Source: Selaginella moellendorffii (lineage: Eukaryota > Plantae > Lycopodiophyta). From it: a DNA stretch of 64,000 nt. The translations under genes and the position numbers were made by a program. The notes beneath the pieces are model-generated. The model had not been told where the DNA came from and ran no database searches. It worked only from the letters and a program-made list of their open reading frames with translations. The stretch is taken from NCBI RefSeq assembly GCF_000143415.4, contig NW_003314362.1, positions 333,648-397,647 on the forward strand, read 5' to 3'. Positions 35,001 through 46,971 of this stretch are shown here, in pieces (within the stretch, counting starts at the first letter, position 1; each line of letters opens with the position of its first letter).

Positions 35001-38000
35001 GCTAATCATTCCAGCTTTCGCAAATAGCATTCATGCAAACTACGTGCCACTCTGGAATTCGATAAAAAACAAGCCTCGCTACGTGAATTTGCCGGCTTTG
35101 GGCATTTGCTGAAAGAAGCGCATTCATTCTTCCCGGGCATGGACTCCAAGACGCGCTTGGCCTCGTGAAGCTGCTGGTTGTGAATGTAGGCCTGGAGTGT
35201 CGATTTCCCGCTGGGATTCCTGCGGTCCAGTGTCGATCGACAGAGGGATTCCATCCGTGGTCTCGAATGCGTCCAGAGCACGAGGGATTCTTCGCCAGGT
35301 GACGCCCAAGATCCAAGCGTTCCAGGAAACTACATTCTCGCCTCAACCAGGCAGCCAGACATGCCCATCAAGCTGCAAGGAACGTAGAGATCACTGTGCT
35401 GCTTGGCTCTCTGCGAGGCTTGCGCTCCTTGATTCCCTCCACTCGGGCACAATGGAGCTTGTTCCTGGAAGCCATTCTAGTCTTGCTCGCTTGCCTGAGC
35501 CCAGCAGCGCCTTCCATGGTTAGCACGCTTATGGAACAATATCCTTGTGGAGCGGATCAACGCTGCCTTTGTGCCCGTGCTCGCAGTGCACAAAGGGCTC
35601 GAGTTTTAGTTCCATCTCGATAAACAATAAGTTTGTTTTCCAGGTGATTAGATTTAAACAATAGGCAGCGCAAAACTTTTGAGAAGAGAAAGCTGTTCTC
35701 TCTCCCAAGTCTTAGAATTTTCTCTCCCGGATCGACGACGCTGTCGAGAGAATCTGGAGCACAGCAGCGATTCTCGCAGTTTGAAACGAAAAAGTCGTGA
35801 AACTCGTCACGATATCTCAATAGCTTCTTGTTCTTGCTCAAGTTCCTCGAAAAACTCTTCGAGCGCTCTCTCGTCTCCTGCCCGAGTAGCAAGGCCGATG
35901 GCACGGGTCCATAGCCACCAGGCAGCGTACGTGTTGGCCAGAAGCATGCACGACTGCGTCTTCTTGTCTGGAGCGAAATGGTTGATGTAGTTTGTCACCC
36001 GCAGTGCTCGAGCGATGTCGCTGTGCGTTTTGCAGGCACTCGGCTCGAACGGCATGTTGCAAATCATATCCTCGGCGATTTCCAAACGCCCCGCTCTTCC
36101 CAGAACGTCGAGGAAGCAACCATAGCACTCGTTTGCAAAGCTAACTCCATAGTCCCCTATTATACAAAGAAAGCCAAACCAGTCAGTCAGCCCCACACCA
36201 TCGCCACCGCGTCCTGCTCGCTCAGATCCATTGACAAGCTTAGCTCCCTAGCACTGAGCTTGAGCTTGCAAACTTCCTGCTCCAGCTTGTGTATCTCGTC
36301 CCTGTGAGCCCGCAAGTCCGCCTCGGACTTCCTCTGTATCCTTTCCACTCTTTGCTTGGCCGCCGCTTCGGCTTTCTCCCTGGCTAGTTTCTCGGCCTCC
36401 AAACGCAAGAGTGCCTCGTCTTTGGCCTTCTTGTCTTGCCTGCTCCTACCCTGTGTAGTGTTCATGGAAGTTAACACATGAATGCGAGGGAAGTATATGC
36501 GTACCTCGGCTTGGTGCTGGGACTCTTGTATTTCTGATGTATATGGTCAATCCACCTGTCGCGCAAACAGGTTTGCCGCTCTTTTCTCTCTTTACACTGC
36601 CTTTGTGTCCTTTCACTGCTCTTTTGATCCCTTTGACAGAGTGCCAACTCCGACATCCAGGTGACGGCGTCCTTGAATTGGACCCCCTGGAAGAGCGGCA
36701 GACGCCTTGGGAGCCTTCCACAAGATGGAAGATTGAGATGTTTTCTCGTGGAACATTGCGACGGCGGCATTTGCCCGATGCGAGAAGCGGTGGCACTCAT
36801 GCTTCTTCATTCAACGCCTCAGATCCACGCGGTATTCGTCGCCGCTGGCCTAAGATAATGAGCTCGCATTTGCCCCACTGGTCTCCCACGAGGTTCTGCC
36901 AGCCAGCTCCTGCAAGCTTTCGCCCAGGATCTTGGGAAGCTGAAAGCTGAGGCACACAAGCAAGTACCGCAGAATCTCCATCGCCACAGTGCTGCTCAAC
37001 GTCTACGGCAAGCTCACGCCACGATCAGCAGCCGCACTTTCCATACATTTCCATGACGAGATTAGCGAGGCCGCTGGAGACGATTTCCTCCCAGAGATCT
37101 GTGCTCACCGACCGCATCCTTGACAAGGCGTCCGCTCCTCATTCCTGCAAATCGGAAGGATAACTTACACACAAGCAATCGAGATTTATTCTTTCCTTTG
37201 CGTGATCTTATGCGTGAAAGACTTTCCCTTCGAAACTCCTGTGCAATGGAGCAAGCACCAAAGGTGTGTTAGAGGGAAACCAAAATCAACGTTTTCTGGT
37301 GATCTTCTCATTCCAGGTATCTCGCAGAGCAGCTCTTCCAAGGGCCCGTCTTTGTATGCGACTATCAAAACGCGTTTCATAGCGATGATGGCCAGATGGC
37401 GGCATGCTAGTGCGCGAGGCGGGAAAAGGCTCCCTCCCACAAGCTCGCCGACCTGGAAGAAAAACACGACTTTCAAGAGCTCTGGCTTTGATTCTCCTGG
37501 GGAGCCAGATGCAAAGGTATGGGGATTTGAGAGTTTCGTAAGACCTCTGGGCCACTGAAATGGTGTGCTTGATTCTTGCAGGCTTGTGTGTAGAAGAACT
37601 ACATACGAGTGGTACTGGATTGGTGACGATGGGATCGTGAAGCACTCTGGATTCGGGCTGGGATTTGAGAGGATGAGTAGAGAACATTGGGGATGTGATA
37701 TGAAACGAACAAGAGAGCGAACCCTAGGCCAACCTCCCAACCCTTAAGGCGTTATGGCCTTAAATCCCACAAGCCATGGAATATTCTTGGAATATTTTTG
37801 TGGTTCGTGTCATTCTCCCCTCCCTCATGACCCAGCCACATACGGTAGCCTCGAGAAGCTAAATGAGCCTCAAGTGAAAGGAGTCCAAGGCAATATGGCC
37901 ATGGAAAAAAGATGTGCAAACAGCAACACCAATGTCGCAACAAACGGTCATGAAAGAAAGAAAGCAATATGGCTTTCTCACATGACAATACGATCATGGA

Positions 38001-39509
38001 AAACAAAAGAATGAGAATAGAACAAACGGCTCAAATCATATAGCAATACGGCTATAGAACTCAATTCTCCCTTTCCTCAGAAATGTCATCCAAGTCATAA
38101 CCAAAACTCAGAAACACTCTCTTCATGTCATCCTCAGTTTCCCATGTAGCTTCGTCCATGGAATAACCATTCCACTGAACTAACAACTCCCTAGTTGTTT
38201 TCCAGCGTGTTTTCACCAATCTTTTAGCAAGAATATTGGCCGGACTAGCCTTCTCTGCATCAATCTCTAGAACCTGGATGATGGACTAATTCATGATATC
38301 ACCAGAGTGCAAACATGATTTAAGCTTGCTCACATGGAACGTGTAAGCTCCTGAGTTTGGACTTCCCGGGAGGTCACCCAACCCAGTACTATTCAAACCC
38401 AAGGACGCTTAACTTCAACTATCCCAAGACCCTTAACCGATTGGAAAAGGGGGTGCACTCTTGTTCATGGGCCCTTTCCCTCTATATTTGAACCCCATGG
38501 ATCGTCTCTCAAGTCGTTCTCTTTCGTTGCTTACAATCCACCACGCTTCCCTGCAAGTTCACGCCCTCGTGAACGGAAGCTGAGAGCCGCAGCTCTCCCG
38601 AGAGCCCCGCTCTCTTGACACCCTACCCCTCGGGTCGAGCCCAGCGGGAGCAAACTGGACCAGCCAGATGTCAATCAACATGTGGTGTGATTCCCCTAGC
38701 CAACCAGCAAACTGGACCAGCCAGATGTCAATCAACATGTGGTGTGATTCCCCTAGCCAACCAACAGAGTCGGACCCGAGACCCTCTGATACCAAATGTA
38801 AACGCTCCTGGATTTGGACTTCCCGGGAGGTCACCCAGCCCAGTACTATTCAAACCCAAGGACGCTTAACCCCAAATATCCCAAGACCCTTAACCGATTG
38901 GAAAAGGGGGTGCACTCTTGTTCATGGGCCCTTTCCCTCTATATTTGAACCCCATGGATCGTCTCTCGAGTCGTTCCCTTTGGTTGCTTACAATCCACCA
39001 CGCTTCCCTGCAAGTTCACGCCCTCGTGAACGGAAGCTGAGAGCCGCAGCTCTCCCGAGAGCCTCGCTCTCTTGACACCCTACCCCTCGGGTCGAGCCCA
39101 GCGGGAGCAAACTGGACCAGCCAGATGTCAATCAACATGTGGTGTGATTCCCTCAGCCAACCAACAGAGTCGGACCCGAGACACGCTCCGATACCAAATG
39201 TAAGCTCCTGAGTTTGGACTTCCCGGGAGGTCACCCAACCCAGAATGGAAAATTTAGTCACTTACAATTGTGACTACAGTTGTGAGACACAAAATCCCTA
39301 GGCCCCAAAGTGCAGCCGGAAGGGCGCCACATGGTAGTGGCCGAAGCGAGAGCCAAACGAGCGTAACACGTTTGGACCAAAAGCTCCGACTTGAAAAGTC
39401 AAAAGCGGGAGTGGAACTCCCAACGAAGTGCTCGAGGAACGAGCACGAAGCGAGCAAAAGGTGAGGCTCCAAAAAGGGACCCAAAAGGACCAACACATGA
39501 CACGTGGGA

Positions 39510-39878
39510 GTGTCCGAGATGGACTCGAGTTGGAGTCCGAAGTGGAGTCCGAGATGGACCCGAGTTGGAGTCCGAAGTGGAGTCCGAGATGGACCCGAGT
39601 TGGAGTCCGAAGTGGAGTCCGAGATGGACCCGAGTTGGAGTCCGAAGTGGAGTCCGAGATGGACCCGAGATGGAGTCTGAGATGGAGTCCGAAGTGGAGT
39701 CCGAGGTGGACCCGAGATGGACCCGAGTTGGAGTCCGAAGTGGAGTCCGAGATGGACCCGAGATGGAGTCCGAGATGGAGTCCGAGATGGAGTCCGAGGT
39801 GGACCCGAGATGGACCCGAAATGGAGTCCGAGATGGACCCGAGATGGAGTCCGAGATGGAGTCCGAAGTCGAGACCGG

Positions 39879-39916
<38 letters not shown>

Positions 39917-40022
39917 TCGGGACCGAGACCGAGACCGAGGCCGAGGCCGAGACCGAGCCCGAGCCCGAGTCCGAGTCTGAATCCGAGTCCGAGTCCGAGT
40001 CCAAGTCCGAGTCCGAGTCCGG
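39510..40022 (+). repeat. CCGAG(A/T)-based 6/12-mer minisatellite inside the LTR (also ~16060-16495 and ~45340-45920)
   Basis: Runs of GGAGTCCGAGAT, GGACCCGAGAT, GAGACC and GAGTCC; length differs between LTR copies. Confidence 0.9.
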
Positions 40023-43000
40023 AGCCTGAGAGGGTGAAAGCCCAAAGCGTTCGTCTCCCAGACCCTGGGGGGTTTGGTGAGCTCCAAAAGTATAGTAGGG
40101 GGAGGACTGCAGTGGAGCCAGTTTGGCCAAGAAAGGCCAGTTTGGCCCAGGAAGGCCGGACCCAGTGTTGGGTGATGAGCTGCCCACTGGGAAGTCCAAG
40201 ACTAGAGTGAACACAGACCGACAAGCGGGGTAGCTTGGTGTAGTGTTCAAGAGCCGGCTCTAGTTCCCCCGGGAGATCGACTGGCCGATGCTCCCAGTCC
40301 AAGTGTGGGTGGCACTACCTACTTGGATACCTGGTGTGGCTCAACGGAACCCGCTCTAAGCCCATGGCTAGAGCACCCAAGGGCAGAAGGCGAGGAGAGT
40401 ACCCAGGTGGCTCGCATAAGGCCACGGTGTTCCGAAATGTTGTCCCAAAGGCCCAGACTGTGGAAAGGAAGAGGAGCAGTCCTCTGGGGTAGTGACCAAG
40501 GACACAGTCGTGTGGTGAGGAAGTCCCAAAGGACCGTGGGACTTAGTGGTCGGGCCTGTGGGTCTCGATCCAGTGGCAGTGTTGGCAAACACGGCCAGGG
40601 GCAGAAAGGGACTTAGTGGGGACTGACAGAGGGATATTGGGGAAGGCTATTCCCCTTGTCGGTGGGCATCCTAAGGATGCTAAGGAGTGGATCTGAGATG
40701 ACCACTCACGGATGGTTTGCCTAGTCTTGGAGAGCCAAGACGGTGATGCAAGTGGTATTGGACTACCAGTGTGGCAAAGGTGATTGGGCATGGCCTTAGC
40801 GTAACAGGCTGCTATGTCGGTGGTACCTTTGAGTGTCGGTCATGGGATCGGACACGTGGAGCACTTGGACCAAGTGCAAATGTTGAGTGGCATGGATGCC
40901 ATTCTCGGGGCTAGCAAGTCCCAAGTCCTGGATTGGACTTATGGAGGTTGTGAATGAGACTCCTCCAAGTGGTCAGAGGTGTGGTTAAGTGACTAAACTA
41001 GAATGGAAAATTTAGTCACTTACAATTTGGTATCGGAGCTGTTCCTTAGTCCGACTTTTATTGGTGCTCAAGTATATCACCACTGGTGTTGGCAATGGAA
41101 GGTCCGAGAAGTGGGCCTATCTTTGAGGAGTAGCAGGTCGGGAAGATATGGCTCTCCATTACAGTTCATGTGTGAACTTGTAGACAAGGTGGTGGATAGA
41201 AAAGGGCCAATAATGGAACGACTTTGGGATCTTGGGAACAGTATATGGTTTTCCTCAAAGAGTTGAGGATGTGATCTAGATGAGCGTTTGACTTAGCAAA
41301 CTGGCTAATGTAGTTGTGGTAAACAACTACGGGAAAGATAAAGACTCCAAAGCAATAAAGGAGTCACAAGATTTTCCTCATATAGTTGAGGTTGGTGCTC
41401 ATGAATGTGAGACCAGAAGTAATGACCGTGGGAGGTCAAATACGGAAGAGGACTCAAGTCCTTGAAAAGGTAGCCGGGGCTACCTCTAATAAATGCTGGA
41501 ACAACCCAAGGAGTTGGGGGTGTATTAAGTGGATGAGTTGGTGTTCTCATCACATGGACAAATAGTCCTAAGGGGCAAAGGTTGCCCCCAGAGAACAAAA
41601 TCAAATGTCGGAGTAACACTTGTGAAAATAGTCCTTTTGAGTAGGACAGGAATGCAAGAAGTGTATTCCAGTGAGCTAGTGCCTCACAAGTAGGACCTTA
41701 CGGGTCTGTGGATTAACCAAGTCCAAAACTGCTGGATGACTCAAGTAGAGTCAACGGATGGTCCTAAAAGGACTGATTGAAGCATTTGGACTGAGGTGTG
41801 TTGTACCCCACAAAGGATGGGGGGGGATCATAGGATCCAAGGATGAGAACAGAGGGTATCTCATCGATGGCAAAATGTGCCATACTAAAGTTATGGGAAA
41901 GGTGTTCCCAGAAGAAAACAACTTTGATATAAAGTTGTGTATGACCTCTATGGTGCAGTGCTAACGGATGGTTGGCATGAGAAAGAGCGGTGTTGGTCTT
42001 GGCAAAGACTTAGACACGAAGGGGAAATGTCATAGAGGTAGGCTCGTGGAGCCGATGGTGTGGAGACACCAAATGTGCCAGGGTGTGATACCTTGAGGCT
42101 ATGTTGGTGGGTTCATGAGAACCCCTTGCCAAAGGAATCCCAATGGAAATGGGAATAGCATAGCCTAAGCTGTAGAGCATGCAGTTGGAGTGTGGTGACC
42201 CAAATAATGATGGAGGTGTGGAAGCACCAAACAATGAGTTGTAGGACTTGACAACTATGAGGCAACTAAACAAGAGGTGCAAAATAACTGGTTAAACGGG
42301 TAGAAGGTAGCTACCCAAGATTTCTTAATAGCATAGGGAAGTTGGATATACCCTTACGGGGGATAAGTTGCTTGTGTTGCGATATAGTAAGTCAATGTCA
42401 TAAAAGGAAATACTCATTGTCAAGAAAGCCATCATTGGGACACCCGAACACTCTAGAACACCAGAAGGTGGTGTTTGATGTCGCGAGGGTAATGGATAAG
42501 GCCCAAGGGACTAAGTCCCTAGCGAATGATGGATAGAAGGTGCTATCCAAATGTCCAAAGGTTGCGAAAACAGGAGAGGACTGTCTACCAGAGTTAGACA
42601 AAGCCAAAAATAGAATTTTGGCAAGGCTAGTGATGGGCATGTAAAGGCCCATAAGCAACAATGTAATCCCAGTGTGTGGGATTATAAGGTGAGCATACCC
42701 GGATTGAAGAACCACTCCCTGGGCTATTGGGTTGGTTCATCCCTAGGAATACTTGCTAAGGCATGATAGAAAGTGCAAAGCTATCCTCCTGGTCTGAAGG
42801 AGAATGACCGAAGGAAAGGTGCGAAGCCAAAAGCAAGAAGTAAAGGGATAGAACCGAACCGTAGGAATCAAAGGGCATAACCAAGGTTGGTTATGCCAGC
42901 TGAGAGTGGAGAATCAAGTGGGGGCTCGAGGGTGTTGCCGCTAGCAACCGTGATGCCATGGAGAGTCTAAAATATGGAATTGTCCATGTTAGACTATGTG

Positions 43001-45359
43001 GCATTTGGAAGGCTTACAAAAAGGGAGGCCTTAGCAAGCTGAGGGACAGAGTTCCTTCAAGGTTCCCAAAGACGATTCTAGGTAGCTTAGTACCTAGAAA
43101 GGCCAAGTGTAAATGGTTCATGGAACGCGCGAAATCAGAGTGGCGCAGCAGAAGCGTGGTCTTGAAGCTTGCCATGAAGCAAGGCTATCAAGGTTAGGGA
43201 AGTAGTTCCCGAGTGTTCAAAGAGAGGGCTTTGAACGAAAGTCGATGGTTAAGGACTTTCACGCTTATGCAGGAACCATGTTACAGTGGTCGGAGGACTT
43301 GCCAAGCGAGATTGGCACGTCGGGGGAACAAATACCCTAGTTGAAGGTGATAACTTCAAAAAGGGTGGGCCATGGGGCCGAGCATGGAGGAGTCCATGCA
43401 TGATCACAGACATGTCAAGTGAGAGGACTTGGCAGTGTGGAGGAACTAGGTTCCTAAGCTGTGATCTGTAGCGCGCTTTAAAAATAAGTTGGTGCACCGG
43501 CGTGGGGAGTCACGCCAGGCATCTTGTGTGATGCCGTCCGTAGATGCATATACGGAGGTTGGGTTCAAGTCCCGACCCTCTAGTGCTTGGGTTCAAGTCC
43601 CAAATCACTAGGGCGTGGTGATGGTTTGGAATATGAGGACACTTATATTTCGGTGGTCATGGACTCTCAGTGGGGAGACTGGTTTGGGCACACCGCCAAG
43701 CGAGGGATGCCTCGGAGTCGTGATGCACGGTTAGATTGCTTAGTGTGAAAGCTCGGCATATCTAACTTGAACGCTTTGGTGCAAGTGGCACCAAGGTCGT
43801 GGTGAGTGAGATGGGGACACCTAATCTTAGTTGCTATGAACCCTTGGCCGTAAGGGCTAGCTTGGGTGCACCGCCAAGTGTGGGGGATGCCCCCGGGGTT
43901 ATAGTCAACAACTTGGAGGTCTAGAAGACCAAGTACCTATTGGCAACTCTGTTAAGGTGCCAAGGTGAGATCACTAGGTGATCTTATGGCCAGATAAGGA
44001 CAAGGTCCTTGGTTGGCTAAGGAATGAAGTTCCTGGTTCAAAATGTTGAAATTGAACTGTTTAAGGTGGTGTGGCTTGGTCGTGATGACCAAGTGGGAAG
44101 AGCACCTAAGGGAAATAAATTATGTCCGTGCGATGGCATAGTGAGTCCGAGGAAAGTAGTCTCTATAAAAGACCCATGGGAAGGTCACGAAGTTGGGCCG
44201 TGGGTAGAGCCCATAGCAGAAGATGCTAAAGAGACATACTAGGGGTGAACATCCTCCGGACTTGGCAAAGAAGAGTCTTTGCTATGGAACCGAAACAATA
44301 CCTCAAGGAGGGAGGTAGAGATTCGATGTTGCTTGGTGCAACAATCAACGGATAAGAGCAAAAGATGAGTGGCCAAGATAGGGCCGTGGAATCCCTTGGA
44401 AGGAATCCAAGTGACAAAGTTAGGCGAGGAACACTAATGTGTTGGATGCTAACAAGTTGCCGGAAAGGAAGTGTGTTTCCAAGGAGGGATTCCGAAATGC
44501 TCCGATTTGGCAAAAGTGGAAGCTCCAAGGGAGGGAGCGGTAAGGTAGCCAAATGATAGGGCCATGAACAGCCCTAGCACAAAGTATGATAACTGGAACT
44601 TTGGCACGAAATAGAAGAGAGGATGATGGTGCCCTCGAGTAGAGAACTTCCTAGGATGGGAAGTGGAGTTGCACAAAAGGTGCAAGGCAAGGTGTCGGAG
44701 ACACCTAGGAAATTGACTCCAAGAAGTCAAAATTCAAAGTTCCAAAGTGCAAAGGTTATATCGATGGAAATTGAGACTACTCGAGAAGGAGTAGTGGGAT
44801 TGACTTAGAGAAGGGTCTCTAAGAGGTTTAGCGAGAACTAAACCAATAAAAGGAGAGAACCACTATATGTGGTCCAATCAGTCTCTAAGTTGGAGAGACT
44901 ACCCTCCTTAGAGGATATGCAAAAGGCATGGTGAGCCTTCAATGTCCAACCATTGACGAATATGGAGAAGGCATGGTGAGCCTTCAATGTCACACCATTG
45001 ACAAATATTGGCTACGCGCCAAGGATGGAAATGGTAACACATGCGGGTGTTACTTTATAAAATGGTTCACCGTTCGATGAGGACATCGAACTTCGTCTAT
45101 GGGTGGTGGAGTTGTGAGACACAAAATCCCTAGGCCCCAAAGTGCAGCCGGAAGGGCGCCACATGGTAGTGGCCGAAGCGAGAGCCAAACGAGCGTAACA
45201 CGTTTGGACCAAAAGCTCCGACTTGAAAAGTCAAAAGCGGGAGTGGAACTCCCAACGAAGTGCTCGAGGAACGAGCACGAAGCGAGCAAAAGGCGAGGCT
45301 CCAAAAAGGGACCCAAAAGGACCAACACATGACACGTGGGAGTGTCCGAGATGGACTCG

Positions 45360-45712
45360 NNNNNNNNNNNNNNNNNNNNNNNNNNNNNNNNNNNNNNNNN
45401 NNNNNNNNNNNNNNNNNNNNNNNNNNNNNNNNNNNNNNNNNNNNNNNNNNNNNNNNNNNNNNNNNNNNNNNNNNNNNNNNNNNNNNNNNNNNNNNNNNNN
45501 NNNNNNNNNNNNNNNNNNNNNNNNNNNNNNNNNNNNNNNNNNNNNNNNNNNNNNNNNNNNNNNNNNNNNNNNNNNNNNNNNNNNNNNNNNNNNNNNNNNN
45601 NNNNNNNNNNNNNNNNNNNNNNNNNNNNNNNNNNNNNNNNNNNNNNNNNNNNNNNNNNNNNNNNNNNNNNNNNNNNNNNNNNNNNNNNNNNNNNNNNNNN
45701 NNNNNNNNNNNN
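45360..45712. other. Assembly gap (N run) within the LTR minisatellite
   Basis: Run of N. Confidence 1.
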
Positions 45713-45777
45713 TCCGAGATGGAGTCCGAGATGGAGTCCGAGATGGAGTCCGAGATGGAGTCCGAAGTCGAGACCGG

Positions 45778-45815
<38 letters not shown>

Positions 45816-46948
45816 TCGGGACCGAGACCGAGACCGAGGCCGAGGCCGAGACCGAGCCCGAGCCCGAGTCCGAGTCTGAATCCGAGTCCGAGTCCGAGTC
45901 CAAGTCCGAGTCCGAGTCCGGAGCCTGAGAGGGTGAAAGCCCAAAGCGTTCGTCTCCCAGACCCTGGGGGGTTTGGTGAGCTCCAAAAGTATAGTAGGGG
46001 GAGGACTGCAGTGGAGCCAGTTTGGCCAAGAAAGGCCAGTTTGGCCCAGGAAGGCCGGACCCAGTGTTGGGTGATGAGCTGCCCACTGGGAAGTCCAAGA
46101 CTAGAGTGAACACAGACCGACAAGCGGGGTAGCTTGGTGTAGTGTTCAAGAGCCGGCTCTAGTTCCCCCGGGAGATCGACTGGCCGATGCTCCCAGTCCA
46201 AGTGTGGGTGGCACTACCTACTTGGATACCTGGTGTGGCTCAACGGAACCCGCTCTAAGCCCATGGCTAGAGCACCCAAGGGCAGAAGGCGAGGAGAGTA
46301 CCCAGGTGGCTCGCATAAGGCCACGGTGTTCCGAAATGTTGTCCCAAAGGCCCAGACTGTGGAAAGGAAGAGGAGCAGTCCTCTGGGGTAGTGACCAAGG
46401 ACACAGTCGTGTGGTGAGGAAGTCCCAAAGGACCGTGGGACTTAGTGGTCGGGCCTGTGGGTCTCGATCCAGTGGCAGTGTTGGCAAACACGGCCAGGGG
46501 CAGAAAGGGACTTAGTGGGGACTGACAGAGGGATATTGGGGAAGGCTATTCCCCTTGTCGGTGGGCATCCTAAGGATGCTAAGGAGTGGATCTGAGATGA
46601 CCACTCACGGATGGTTTGCCTAGTCTTGGAGAGCCAAGACGGTGATGCAAGTGGTATTGGACTACCAGTGTGGCAAAGGTGATTGGGCATGGCCTTAGCG
46701 TAACAGGCTGCTATGTCGGTGGTACCTTTGAGTGTCGGTCATGGGATCGGACACGTGGAGCACTTGGACCAAGTGCAAATGTTGAGTGGCATGGATGCCA
46801 TTCTCGGGGCTAGCAAGTCCCAAGTCCTGGATTGGACTTATGGAGGTTGTGAATGAGACTCCTCCAAGTGGTCAGAGGTGTGGTTAAGTGACTAAACTAG
46901 AATGGAAAATTTAGTCACTTACAATTGTGACTAAATTGTTGGGTGTGA

Positions 46949-46971
46949 CCCTAAACCCTAAACCCTAAACC
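46949..46971. repeat. Interstitial plant telomeric repeats (CCCTAAA)x3
   Basis: CCCTAAACCCTAAACCCTAAACC at the junction between the LARD and the Cassandra sequence. Confidence 0.9.

Larger units (their letters stand above)
39281..46923 (+). mobile_element. Non-autonomous LTR element (LARD-like): LTRs 39281-41024 and 45113-46923, ~4.1 kb non-coding internal region
   Basis: TG...CA LTRs essentially identical where sequenced; PBS TGGTATCGGAGC at 41028; PPT GGGTGGTGGAG before 45113; no retroelement ORF; no 5-bp TSD. Confidence 0.9.

Noticed and set aside
38350-38415. 5S rRNA gene
   Set aside because: Only the internal A-to-C box portion is present, embedded in TG...CA LTRs; this is Cassandra, not rDNA.
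40020-40060. Hammerhead ribozyme (retrozyme) in the LTR, CTGAGAGGGTGAAAGCCC
   Set aside because: Core does not fit CUGANGA...GAAA and no stems I/III with a cleavage triplet were found.
41040-45110. Short ORFs in the LARD internal region (and 22200-25200, 29090-30990)
   Set aside because: No gag, protease, RT or integrase motifs recognised; treated as non-coding or decayed internal sequence.
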